A stretch of 64,000 nucleotides of DNA from NCBI GenBank assembly GCA_012813795.1, contig GCA_012813795.1_4087.1. One strand, given 5' to 3'. This DNA comes from a phage. The translations under genes and the position numbers were made by a program. A model generated the notes under the pieces. That model saw nothing but the letters and a program-made list of their open reading frames with translations. It had not been told where the DNA came from and made no database searches. Positions 28,271 to 36,846 of the stretch are shown in pieces (position 1 is the stretch's first letter; each line of letters starts with the position of its first letter).

Positions 28271-28513
28271 TTACTTCCTATATATAAGCATTAAGATATA
28301 GTAGTACTGATTGTACTGATTGTACTGATTGTACTGATTGTACTGATTGTACTGATTGTACTGTACATTCTCTTTAACAGGACAAGGGTCTATTGCTATA
28401 TTAGTACATCTATACAATTCATATCTATTAAAGGGTAGTTCTATGAGAGATTTAATCCATACTTGTTCATTCTCTTTGAGTTTACTTATATAGAAGTCTT
28501 TATGATTATCCAT
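28271..28513 (-). CDS. family-2 small protein with internal (QYN)6 repeat
   Basis: 80-aa ORF; C-terminus LMLIYRK matches the family-2 C-terminal signature. Confidence 0.55.
   Translation of the reverse strand: MDNHKDFYISKLKENEQVWIKSLIELPFNRYELYRCTNIAIDPCPVKENVQYNQYNQYNQYNQYNQYNQYYYILMLIYRK
28304..28363. repeat. 9-bp microsatellite (gtactgatt) x 6.7 inside a CDS
   Basis: Perfect tandem copies starting at 28304, 28313, 28322, 28331, 28340, 28349, partial at 28358; encodes (QYN)n in gene 28271..28513. Confidence 0.9.
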
Positions 28514-28706
28514 AGATATATATTAACAACATTAGGTTAGAGTATAGTGCTTTAGTGTCATCTTGTTCTAGAGCTTCAATTGAGTTCGTTGTAGCTTTCC
28601 TAAAGCACATTTTTGCGTATGCACTTTTTGGATTAACGGGGGCGGTGGCTTCGCACCAGATTCTTTCGGTGGTTGATAGTTTACTCATATAGTATTCTTT
28701 ATACAT
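28506..28706 (-). CDS. family-2 small protein
   Basis: 66 aa; MYKEYYMSKL ... LMLLIYIYG. Confidence 0.55.
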   Translation of the reverse strand: MYKEYYMSKLSTTERIWCEATAPVNPKSAYAKMCFRKATTNSIEALEQDDTKALYSNLMLLIYIYG

Positions 28707-28707
28707 A

Positions 28708-28896
28708 TTAGTACCTGAATATAAGTAGTATAATGTTATAGTACTGATTAGTACTGCTAAGATTCTCTATAGAGCGAATAACAGTTAGGGAGTAGTTATA
28801 CTTGGAGTATGCATTATCCAGTGGGACTTTATATTGAGCACTAAGTGATAGTTCTGTAGGGAGAGTACTTAAGTAGAATTCTTTATGGTTTTGCAT
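28708..28896 (-). CDS. family-2 small protein
   Basis: 62 aa; MQNHKEFY ... ILLIFRY; 1-nt gap to neighbour. Confidence 0.6.
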   Translation of the reverse strand: MQNHKEFYLSTLPTELSLSAQYKVPLDNAYSKYNYSLTVIRSIENLSSTNQYYNIILLIFRY

Positions 28897-28897
28897 A

Positions 28898-29086
28898 TTA
28901 GTACCTGAATGTTAGCATTGTTATGTAGTACAGCATATATGGATTGTCATCGTATATTAGGGTGTACTTAGTACATTGTTGGAACATTATTTTTGCATGA
29001 TCTTTTATGCCAATAGGTTTTGTTGGCACATGGTGTTGGAGATGCATTGGGAGATGATCTTTATAAAATTCTTTATAGTTGTTCAT
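28898..29086 (-). CDS. family-2 small protein
   Basis: 62 aa; MNNYKEFY ... MLTFRY. Confidence 0.6.
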   Translation of the reverse strand: MNNYKEFYKDHLPMHLQHHVPTKPIGIKDHAKIMFQQCTKYTLIYDDNPYMLYYITMLTFRY

Positions 29087-29087
29087 A

Positions 29088-29273
29088 TTAGTACTTATAT
29101 ATTAGTAAAAGGATGTGATACAGTACTCGATTATAGTCGTCAATATCTATCGAGGATTTAGTGCACTTAACGAAGTAGTCTTTTTCGTAGTCTTTTTCTA
29201 TACCCAATGGTTCTGTTGGTACAAGGTATTGTAGATGCATTGGGAGTTTATCTATGTAGTATTCTTTATACAT
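29088..29273 (-). CDS. family-2 small protein
   Basis: 61 aa; MYKEYYIDKLPMHLQ ... LLLIYKY. Confidence 0.6.
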   Translation of the reverse strand: MYKEYYIDKLPMHLQYLVPTEPLGIEKDYEKDYFVKCTKSSIDIDDYNRVLYHILLLIYKY

Positions 29274-29288
29274 ATTAGTCCTTAGTCC

Positions 29289-29489
29289 TTAGTACTGGAA
29301 CGCGAGATACAGGGTGTGGTACAGTTGTACTTGAGAATTGTTTTCATTAACTTCTTCATTAAGTACTTGTTCAGTACAATTGCGGAAGTAATCAGCTTCA
29401 TATATACAGTTAATGTCGCGAGGTTCATCATCTAATAGATTGCCTTGTAGAAACTTTGGTAGTTCTTTAATATAGAATTCTTTATACAT
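29289..29489 (-). CDS. family-2 small protein
   Basis: 66 aa; MYKEFYIKELP ... LYLAFQY. Confidence 0.6.
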   Translation of the reverse strand: MYKEFYIKELPKFLQGNLLDDEPRDINCIYEADYFRNCTEQVLNEEVNENNSQVQLYHTLYLAFQY

Positions 29490-29497
29490 ATTAGTCC

Positions 29498-29692
29498 TTA
29501 GTACACGAACGTGAGGTACAGGGTGTGGTATAGTGCTCGATGATAGCTATCATAATCTTGTATACATGCTTTAGTGCACATAATGAATCTTGCTTTATTA
29601 ATCTCTGTGTTTAAGTTTCTAGGATGTTCTAGGTGATCGATTATGTACTGTGGGAAAAATTTTAGGTATAGTTCTTTGTGTTCATTTTTCAT
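29498..29692 (-). CDS. family-2 small protein
   Basis: 64 aa; MKNEHKELY ... LYLTFVY. Confidence 0.6.
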   Translation of the reverse strand: MKNEHKELYLKFFPQYIIDHLEHPRNLNTEINKARFIMCTKACIQDYDSYHRALYHTLYLTFVY

Positions 29693-29693
29693 A

Positions 29694-29876
29694 TTAGTAC
29701 CTGTATATAAGTGTTAGTACATTGTACAGGTTATAGATATCATCTTCATTTATTGCAGATTCTGTTTGATATCGGTAGAATATAGTTTGGCTCTTATCTT
29801 TGAAATCTACAGGTTCGCGGGGAATAAGCTTTTGTAGATCAATACTAAGAAAACTTATGTAGTATTCTTTATACAT
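29694..29876 (-). CDS. family-2 small protein
   Basis: Trimmed to Met MYKEYYISFL at 29876; ends LTLIYRY. Confidence 0.55.
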   Translation of the reverse strand: MYKEYYISFLSIDLQKLIPREPVDFKDKSQTIFYRYQTESAINEDDIYNLYNVLTLIYRY

Positions 29877-30540
29877 AGTTTGTAATATACGTAATGAGGT
29901 GATGAATTTTCTTATTAGTACTGATAAGTTCATGTACATGTTTTGTTAGATTGTACGCGTTTTTGTACAGTACAGGGTTATCGATTACAGTACTGTACAT
30001 GAATAGTTCTTCTTCTGATAATTCTTTGCCTTGTAGTTCTTTGAGGAATTCTACAATTGATTTAGTTTCTTCTGTACGTTGTGCTTGCCAGAAGTGCATA
30101 TTCTCGTGTATTTCTTCTGCACCCATACTGTATATGCCACCCATTTGGAATTGTGCTGTATTGACATCGTGGGAGGTGTTACAATTCCCGAAGAAGTATG
30201 TATTCCCGAAGTATAGCATTAAAGTGCACGGGGTATTATCCAACTGCATATGGATGATGAAGGATGCGTTCTTTAGTACCTTCATGCTCGTATTAGTACT
30301 CAATACTTTTAAATCAGTATTATAGATATTCATATAATGAACAGCTATATTATTTTTCTTCATGTACAATTCAAGGTTCTTTGATACGTTAACTCCATTT
30401 GTACTGGTTTTTTTACTTTTCTTTAGGTTCTTTAGTACATTAGGATGATAAGTATATGCATTAGTGGTAGATTCAGCCTGGATTGATTGCAGGTACTTAA
30501 AGTGCTGTAGGTATCGTTTGCTTTGTGGATTAAGTTTCAT
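29869..30540 (-). CDS. hypothetical protein embedded in the family-2 array (SEEELFMYS motif)
   Basis: 223-aa ORF; internal SEEELFMYSTVIDNP resembles the EEE-FQ-SL motif family. Confidence 0.5.
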   Translation of the reverse strand: MKLNPQSKRYLQHFKYLQSIQAESTTNAYTYHPNVLKNLKKSKKTSTNGVNVSKNLELYMKKNNIAVHYMNIYNTDLKVLSTNTSMKVLKNASFIIHMQLDNTPCTLMLYFGNTYFFGNCNTSHDVNTAQFQMGGIYSMGAEEIHENMHFWQAQRTEETKSIVEFLKELQGKELSEEELFMYSTVIDNPVLYKNAYNLTKHVHELISTNKKIHHLITYITNYV

Positions 30541-30576
30541 TTGGTTTCCTTAAATTGCTTATACTGCTTATACTGT

Positions 30577-30756
30577 TTATACTGTTACAAGCGAGATTAT
30601 TTCTCTGTATGGGTTATTTTTTGTCAGGACGTGATGAATGCAGCTATTGAGATTAATAGTTTTAGTACTTTTTGTTCCCAGGTTGTAGTACTTCACGAAG
30701 GTGTCGTACATGAAACGATCCTTAGTACTGAGATTATCGGTGTAGTACTCTAGCAT
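30577..30756 (-). CDS. family-2 small protein (59 aa, below the ORF-track threshold)
   Basis: Hand-translated MLEYYTDNLSTKDRFMYDTFVKYYNLG... Confidence 0.4.
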   Translation of the reverse strand: MLEYYTDNLSTKDRFMYDTFVKYYNLGTKSTKTINLNSCIHHVLTKNNPYREIISLVTV

Positions 30757-30766
30757 AGTTTATTCC

Positions 30767-30946
30767 TTATATAGAGATAAGTTTCAGTACTTCATTATAT
30801 GTGAACATTTCGTCCTGTGCCAATTTAGTACAATTCAGGAGTAATTTTCTTTGTTTTCTTTGCGAACTACAATGATAGCTCATTGAGAAGTAATTGAAGC
30901 CGTATCTATCTTCTGGGTAAATTACGCTTAGGTAGTATTCTAGCAT
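30767..30946 (-). CDS. family-2 small protein (59 aa, below the ORF-track threshold)
   Basis: Hand-translated MLEYYLSVIYPEDRYGFNYFSMSYHCSS... Confidence 0.4.
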   Translation of the reverse strand: MLEYYLSVIYPEDRYGFNYFSMSYHCSSQRKQRKLLLNCTKLAQDEMFTYNEVLKLISI

Positions 30947-30954
30947 TGTATTCT

Positions 30955-31140
30955 CTACATTTCAATAAGTTTAAGTACTGCTCTGTACGTGTACTTAGTT
31001 GTTAGTGTTTCTTTTATAGCAGTACAGAAGTAATGTTGTTTGTCTCTAATACTGCCGCGTTTGTAGTACCATACATGGGAGTTGTGGCTGTACTTGTCTC
31101 TGTCGGATAGTTTTTGGTAATAGTAGCTTTTATGATTCAT
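30955..31140 (-). CDS. family-2 small protein
   Basis: 61 aa; MNHKSYYYQKL ... LKLIEM. Confidence 0.55.
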   Translation of the reverse strand: MNHKSYYYQKLSDRDKYSHNSHVWYYKRGSIRDKQHYFCTAIKETLTTKYTYRAVLKLIEM

Positions 31141-31349
31141 TGTAATGTAATTAGCCTTACTATATTAAAGTACTCGGTCCCTGTTGCACCTTGTAGAATA
31201 TTACGCACGACATGTTTGTGGTGCTGGATGATTGCTGAAGGTGCGGTTCTTTTAAGTTTTTTAAAAGTACTGAATTCTTGTTTAAGGATGAACTGTATAT
31301 CTTTAGGGAGAATATCTATGTAGTACTGATGAATGTTCATAGTTTTCAT
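31137..31349 (-). CDS. family-2 small protein
   Basis: 70 aa; MKTMNIHQYYIDILP ... VRLITLQ. Confidence 0.55.
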   Translation of the reverse strand: MKTMNIHQYYIDILPKDIQFILKQEFSTFKKLKRTAPSAIIQHHKHVVRNILQGATGTEYFNIVRLITLQ

Positions 31350-31359
31350 ATAGCACCTT

Positions 31360-31551
31360 TTAGAACTTAAAGATGAGGTACATGATAGATAGGTACTTAG
31401 TTTCAGTAAACTGTTGTTCTATTGCATAACGTGTCTCCAACCTGAAATCGTAATTATAAAAGGGACTATTCTTTCTCATAGGTTCTTGAGGGAATGAGTC
31501 CCTGTATTGTTCGTGTAGTTTACTACAGTAGAAATCTTTATGATTATTCAT
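31360..31551 (-). CDS. family-2 small protein
   Basis: 63 aa; MNNHKDFY ... MYLIFKF. Confidence 0.6.
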   Translation of the reverse strand: MNNHKDFYCSKLHEQYRDSFPQEPMRKNSPFYNYDFRLETRYAIEQQFTETKYLSIMYLIFKF

Positions 31552-31753
31552 AGAAGTATATTAGTCCGATTAAACTTGAGTACTGCATATTTTTGTTATT
31601 GCATTCAATAGCTTCTAGAGTACTACGTATACAATTATTAAAGCAATTCCTGGTGTTGGGTGTGTCTATACTTACAGGTGGTACACTCCTTAGAAACATT
31701 TGTTCTTCGTTGCTGAGGTATTTGGTGTAGAATTCTTTATGTTCAGTTTTCAT
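31544..31753 (-). CDS. family-2 small protein
   Basis: 69 aa; MKTEHKEFY ... IGLIYFYE. Confidence 0.6.
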   Translation of the reverse strand: MKTEHKEFYTKYLSNEEQMFLRSVPPVSIDTPNTRNCFNNCIRSTLEAIECNNKNMQYSSLIGLIYFYE

Positions 31754-31754
31754 A

Positions 31755-31955
31755 TTAGTACTCCAATAGTAGTGTTAAGATGAAATAGTACTGCATACTT
31801 TCGTTACCTTCTATTGCATTCCAGATGAGGTTATTCCTGTTTGAGTTCAGGAGTCCTGGTATGCGTTTAGCATTTTTCAGTACTGTTTTTTGGTTCTTCA
31901 TTGCATCTTGTAGGCCAGGGTGCAATGCATTGATGTAGTACGGGTTAATGTTCAT
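31755..31955 (-). CDS. family-2 small protein
   Basis: 66 aa; MNINPYYINAL ... LTLLLEY. Confidence 0.55.
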   Translation of the reverse strand: MNINPYYINALHPGLQDAMKNQKTVLKNAKRIPGLLNSNRNNLIWNAIEGNESMQYYFILTLLLEY

Positions 31956-32179
31956 ATAGCCACTAGTACTAAGATATTTAAAAATTGTTTACGGGTATCC
32001 CCTAATAGTGTATTGTGTACAATGCTCACAGTAAGGGTATTCAGTGCACTACCAAGCATAAGGTTACACCCAGTGCTCTTATGATTTTTTAGTTCAATTA
32101 GCCACGATTGGTCAGAGAGAACCTTTGCGTACTCTAGTTCATTTAGTTCATTGATGTAGTACTTTAGAGCATATGGCAT
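31952..32179 (-). CDS. family-2 small protein; first gene of the array
   Basis: 75 aa; MPYALKYYINEL ... LVLVAI. Confidence 0.55.
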   Translation of the reverse strand: MPYALKYYINELNELEYAKVLSDQSWLIELKNHKSTGCNLMLGSALNTLTVSIVHNTLLGDTRKQFLNILVLVAI

Positions 32180-32281
32180 GTACGATTCTCCTTAGATTTC
32201 TCATATAGTACATCAGTACTGAAAGGATGTCAAGGGTTTTCTTTTTTGATTAAATATACTATAATGAATAAAGGAGGAAAT

Positions 32282-33439
32282 ATGTTACCTTTTGTTAGAA
32301 TGTTTGAGTACGGGAATGTAGCACCTATACAGCCAAAAATTATCCAAATGGAGTGTTTAAATGGTGGAGTTTATTTACTATACGATAATGGTGAATTATA
32401 TTATCGTGGACGAAATAGCAATGGACTAGCAGGGGATGGGACAAACACATCAAAGAGTAGTTCATGGATTTTGTCTAATACTAATGTTGCAATGCTAAGT
32501 AAAGGTGTGAGTAATTATGCTGTTGTTAGGAAAAAAGATAATACATTTTGGATGACAGGATCTTATAATTTATTTGATGTATCTGGGTGGACTAAGTATA
32601 GATGGAATGATGTAACCAGTAATTTTAGTGAAGTTAGTTCTAATTTAATTTGTGTATATTGTAATGGTGGTGGTGTGTTAACACTTCGCAGTGATGGAAC
32701 GTTGTATGCTTTCGGAACTAGTACAAGTGGTCAACTTGGCTTTGGAAGTGCAACGACAATCAACACATTTACTAAAGTGGCTGAATCAGTATCCACGAAT
32801 CCAGATAACGTTATTGCCGTTTTAGGTGGTTGTTATTATATAGATGAAAATAATAGGTTGTTTGCAACTGGTGTTAACACAAACGGACAATTGGGTATTG
32901 GTAGCACGGTCAATGCCCTTTCATTTACGTTGGTGAATACAGGGACAACTTATCCAGTGGTTAAGTCTATTATGGCTAATGCAAATGGTGCAAATATATT
33001 GGCCTATAAATCGGACGATTCTGCATATGTAACAGCGGCGAGTGGATATTTGTCGTATATAGGTACGGGTCAAACTTCTGGTATTGGGACTATATTTTCA
33101 AATTATGCTGCATTGAATAACCCAGACAACTTTAATATATTGAAGTTAAGTACATCTCTCGGTAATACAAATGCAATGCTTGTAGTAACCGACAAAGGTG
33201 TATATGCAACTGGTATGAATAATTACTACCAACTCGGAACTGACAACTCAACAAACCAGACTTCATATGTCAAAGTTGTTGGATTACCAGATGATGCTGA
33301 CACAACAACTATAAGATTTCTTGGTGGTACAGCAGAAGGAAGTGCATGTGTCTATCGTGATAAATTATATGTTTCTGGTGTTCTGGGGCAATGGGGGGCA
33401 GGCTACCCAAAATTCACTGAATTGGAAATTCCGTATTAA
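32282..33439 (+). CDS. RCC1-like beta-propeller repeat protein (cassette 1)
   Basis: Start at ATG 32282 (MLPFVRMFEYGN) 5 nt after AAAGGAGG; repeated G.N..GQLG motifs (GVNTNGQLGIGS, GMNNYYQLGTDN). Confidence 0.7.
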   Translation: MLPFVRMFEYGNVAPIQPKIIQMECLNGGVYLLYDNGELYYRGRNSNGLAGDGTNTSKSSSWILSNTNVAMLSKGVSNYAVVRKKDNTFWMTGSYNLFDVSGWTKYRWNDVTSNFSEVSSNLICVYCNGGGVLTLRSDGTLYAFGTSTSGQLGFGSATTINTFTKVAESVSTNPDNVIAVLGGCYYIDENNRLFATGVNTNGQLGIGSTVNALSFTLVNTGTTYPVVKSIMANANGANILAYKSDDSAYVTAASGYLSYIGTGQTSGIGTIFSNYAALNNPDNFNILKLSTSLGNTNAMLVVTDKGVYATGMNNYYQLGTDNSTNQTSYVKVVGLPDDADTTTIRFLGGTAEGSACVYRDKLYVSGVLGQWGAGYPKFTELEIPY

Positions 33440-33445
33440 TATCAT

Positions 33446-33476
33446 GCCAGTACTTGATACTGGCTTTTTCTTTTTG
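33446..33476 (+). terminator. intrinsic terminator (GCCAGTA-cttga-TACTGGC plus TTTTTCTTTTT)
   Basis: 7-bp perfect stem followed by a T-run; near-identical copies follow most cassettes. Confidence 0.7.
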
Positions 33477-33510
33477 GATTAAATATGATATAATGAATAA
33501 AGGAGGAAAT

Positions 33511-34404
33511 ATGTTACCTTTTGTTAGAATGTTTGAGTACGGGAATGATGTACTACCTGTCATAAATGGTGGTGTACGAACACAATTTACTACATCACCA
33601 GTACCTTCAGCACGAAATAACTTTGGTTATACGTATGATGCGGAAAGTAATATTGCTTATATATTTGGTGGTATACAGAATGCGGTGCAGACAGATAATC
33701 AGTTATGGGGTTTTAATTTAACTACTAGAACGTGGTCACAATTAGCCAATGCACCTGTATCTACATTTGGTAGTGCGTTATGTGCTTATCAGGGAAAAAT
33801 ATATTTGTTTGGTGGTTCAGGTAATGGTAGTAATAATTTTTATGTATATAATATAAGTACAAATACATGGATTCTGAACACTAACAGTATTGGGAAGCCT
33901 AGTCAACTCGCGTATAGTAAGATGATTACTGCTGGGGATAAGATATATTTGTGGGGTTCGCCTACTAATAATTCGTTATACAGTTATACTCCAAGTACTA
34001 ATACATGGTCATCATTAGGTACAAGTGATGGAACAAATAACAATGGAGGTGGTGATATGTGTACGGATGGTACTTACATATATATTACTGGTCAAGGTAC
34101 TAGTACTGCACAAAAATATCATATACAGAGTGCGGTGTGGTCTAACATAGCACCAGTGGGTGGTACTAACCCTAGTAAAATATGTTACAGTACATATGAT
34201 AAAAATATATATGCAGTGTCGTATGGTGCATTAAATTTATTGAGATACGATGCAGAAGAAGACATATGGATTCCCTTAGCGGTTAATACTACTTTGAGTA
34301 GTAGTACTGGTGCGTTATTTGGTTCTAAGAATAGTGCTGAGATATTTTATGTACTTGGTTTTGACAATGGCACTCGTGTTAATACGCAGTATGTTTTTAA
34401 ATAA
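33511..34404 (+). CDS. Kelch-like beta-propeller repeat protein (cassette 2)
   Basis: Same N-terminus MLPFVRMFEYGN; body shows Kelch-type pattern (IYIFGG ... TRTWS, KIYLFGG ... TNTW) rather than GQLG repeats. Confidence 0.6.
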   Translation: MLPFVRMFEYGNDVLPVINGGVRTQFTTSPVPSARNNFGYTYDAESNIAYIFGGIQNAVQTDNQLWGFNLTTRTWSQLANAPVSTFGSALCAYQGKIYLFGGSGNGSNNFYVYNISTNTWILNTNSIGKPSQLAYSKMITAGDKIYLWGSPTNNSLYSYTPSTNTWSSLGTSDGTNNNGGGDMCTDGTYIYITGQGTSTAQKYHIQSAVWSNIAPVGGTNPSKICYSTYDKNIYAVSYGALNLLRYDAEEDIWIPLAVNTTLSSSTGALFGSKNSAEIFYVLGFDNGTRVNTQYVFK

Positions 34405-34416
34405 TATGGAGGAATT

Positions 34417-35559
34417 ATGTTACCTTTTGTAAGAATGTTAGAGTACGGGAATATTGCACCAGAACCAAAACCTCTATTTAAAAATAGATTACAATGCTCG
34501 GCAGATGCCAAATTTTATTTACACACCAATGGTAATCTATATTGGTTTGGTTCTTCATCATATGGTCAAGGTGGTAATGGTTCATTGAACTCTTCAACCG
34601 CATGGACTCTCGTCAATACAAATGTTGTACGATATTGGGGTGGTGTTCAAGGAACAATTGCGATAAAGAAAGATGGTACTATTTGGTACACTGGTACAAG
34701 TTCTGTTATTCCAGTAATTGCATCAAACACTAACGGTGTTTGGGTTGATGTGACATCGCACTTTGCTGATTTCGGTGTCAGTGCTGATGATATTGATAGT
34801 ATTGTTATATCTGCGTGTATGCGTGTATTTTTGAAAAATGGAAAGTGGTTCTTCTGTGGTGCTGGGAGTGGTGGTGTATTCGGAAATGGTTCATCGGCAA
34901 GCGTTTCACAATTCACGTACAGTACTATAGAAAATGTTCGAAGTGCTGGTTGTGCAATTCGAAGTACTGCATTAGTACTCAATGATGGTACATATTGGTA
35001 TGCAGGTAATACGTTTATATCGGGAACGTCTGCACAAAACGTGCTAAGATTTACACAAGAAACTTCCATCAGCACTGCAATTAAAGCAGTCAATACAATT
35101 GAAACTTCCTATATATTTCTTAGTGATGGAACAGTTAAAGTTGCATCTTCTAACGAACGTGGTCAAGCCGGTACTGGGAATACAACACCAGCCCCTATGA
35201 GTACATTAATTCCAAATTTAGCATTCCAAGGTGAAATAGAGTCAGTGGGTGATCTTGGTACAAACCTTACAGGACCATCCTGTATAATTAAAAATGATAA
35301 TAAGTTATTTTTATGTGGTCTTAATTCAAATGGACAATGTGGTGTTGGTTCAACCTCGACAAATATAACAACATTCACTGAAATGATTCTTACTGCATTA
35401 GAAGGTCGTAATGTTAGTAGTTTTTGTAGGGGATATAACTATACGATGTTAGTTGACGATGCTGATAATTTATATACATGCGGTGTACCAAATCTTGATG
35501 GGGTGTCTACTACAAATGTACCGACAAGGGTTCCTGATTCACTTCTACCGTGGAAATAA
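34417..35559 (+). CDS. RCC1-like beta-propeller repeat protein (cassette 3)
   Basis: MLPFVRMLEYGN; GLNSNGQCGVGS; no terminator between cassettes 2 and 3; close paralogue of cassette 4. Confidence 0.7.
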   Translation: MLPFVRMLEYGNIAPEPKPLFKNRLQCSADAKFYLHTNGNLYWFGSSSYGQGGNGSLNSSTAWTLVNTNVVRYWGGVQGTIAIKKDGTIWYTGTSSVIPVIASNTNGVWVDVTSHFADFGVSADDIDSIVISACMRVFLKNGKWFFCGAGSGGVFGNGSSASVSQFTYSTIENVRSAGCAIRSTALVLNDGTYWYAGNTFISGTSAQNVLRFTQETSISTAIKAVNTIETSYIFLSDGTVKVASSNERGQAGTGNTTPAPMSTLIPNLAFQGEIESVGDLGTNLTGPSCIIKNDNKLFLCGLNSNGQCGVGSTSTNITTFTEMILTALEGRNVSSFCRGYNYTMLVDDADNLYTCGVPNLDGVSTTNVPTRVPDSLLPWK

Positions 35560-35566
35560 TATAATA

Positions 35567-35597
35567 GCCAGTATCAAGTACTGGCTTTTCTTTTTTG
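35567..35597 (+). terminator. intrinsic terminator (GCCAGTA-tcaa-gTACTGGC plus T-run)
   Basis: Inverted repeat plus ttttcttttttg. Confidence 0.65.
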
Positions 35598-35631
35598 TAT
35601 TAAATATAGTATAATGAATAAAGGAGGAATT

Positions 35632-36774
35632 ATGTTACCTTTTGCAAGAATGTTGGATTATGGAAATAAAGCACCAGAACCAAAACCTCTATTTAAAAAT
35701 AGATTACAAGCAAATTATAATACTCGTTTTTATTTGCATGTTAATGGTGACTTGTACTGGTATGGTTCATCTTCATTTGGACAAGGTGGTAATGGTTCAT
35801 TACAATCATCCACCGTATGGACCCGTGTGAATAATAATATTGAACGTTACTGGGGTGGTGTTCTTGGTTCCATTGCCATTAAGAATGATGGAACTATTTG
35901 GTTCACAGGTGCTAGTATAGTAATGCCACAAATCGGAACAAATACAAATGGGGTTTGGATTGATGTAACCCAGTACTTCACTGATTTTGGTGTCAGTGCT
36001 GATGATATTGATGGTATTGCTGTTGGGCAGAATTTGCGTGTATTTTTAAAAAATGGAAAATGGTTCTACTGTGGTGCTGGCGAGGGTGGTGTATTTGGTA
36101 ACGCGTCAACAGCTAATGTCACATCGTTCAGATACAGCACTATAGAAAATGTTAAAAGTTATGGCTGTTCTTTGCTCAGTACTGGGTTAGTACTTGATGA
36201 TGGCTCCTATTGGTATGCAGGAAATACTGTTGCTCCTGGTAGTACAAAAACATCAAATATATTAAGTTTTACAAAAGACAATACGATCACCAATGCTATA
36301 CAAGCTGTAAATACATACCGTACTTCATATATATTTCTTAATGATGGTTCAGTGAAGGTTGCTTCACCAAATGCATATGGTCAAGCTGGTGTAGGTACAG
36401 TATCAGCAGTACCAATGAGTACATTAATTCCCAATTTATCATTCCAAGGTGAAATAGAGTTGGTGGGTGGTTTATCCAACAACGAAGGGAATGGATGTGT
36501 TGTTAAAAATAATAATAAGTTATATACTTGTGGTCGAAATACCTATGGTCTATGTGGTGTTAATCAAACATCCGAAAATATACTAACTTTCACCGAAATG
36601 GTTCTTGATGCATTAGAAGGAAGACGAATTTCAGGCTTCGTAATTGATAATTTCTATTCAATGATAATTGATGAAAATAACAATTTGTATATGAGTGGTT
36701 TGGCTGAACTTGGAAATGTTCCAGCCGTTAGAGTACCAACCAGAGTTCCTGATTCACTTCTACCGTGGAAATAA
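35632..36774 (+). CDS. RCC1-like beta-propeller repeat protein (cassette 4)
   Basis: MLPFARMLDYGN; same C-terminus PTRVPDSLLPWK as cassette 3. Confidence 0.7.
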   Translation: MLPFARMLDYGNKAPEPKPLFKNRLQANYNTRFYLHVNGDLYWYGSSSFGQGGNGSLQSSTVWTRVNNNIERYWGGVLGSIAIKNDGTIWFTGASIVMPQIGTNTNGVWIDVTQYFTDFGVSADDIDGIAVGQNLRVFLKNGKWFYCGAGEGGVFGNASTANVTSFRYSTIENVKSYGCSLLSTGLVLDDGSYWYAGNTVAPGSTKTSNILSFTKDNTITNAIQAVNTYRTSYIFLNDGSVKVASPNAYGQAGVGTVSAVPMSTLIPNLSFQGEIELVGGLSNNEGNGCVVKNNNKLYTCGRNTYGLCGVNQTSENILTFTEMVLDALEGRRISGFVIDNFYSMIIDENNNLYMSGLAELGNVPAVRVPTRVPDSLLPWK

Positions 36775-36780
36775 TATAAT

Positions 36781-36811
36781 GCCAGTACTTGATACTGGCT
36801 TTTTCTTATTT
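36781..36811 (+). terminator. intrinsic terminator copy
   Basis: gccagtacttgatactggc plus T-run. Confidence 0.65.
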
Positions 36812-36846
36812 GGATTAAATAAAGTATAATGAATAAAGGAGGAAAT

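Noticed and set aside
34647-35378. Minus-strand ORFs inside propeller cassette 3 (34647..35093, 35163..35378)
   Set aside because: Antisense to a gene with clear RBS, conserved N-terminus and repeat motifs.
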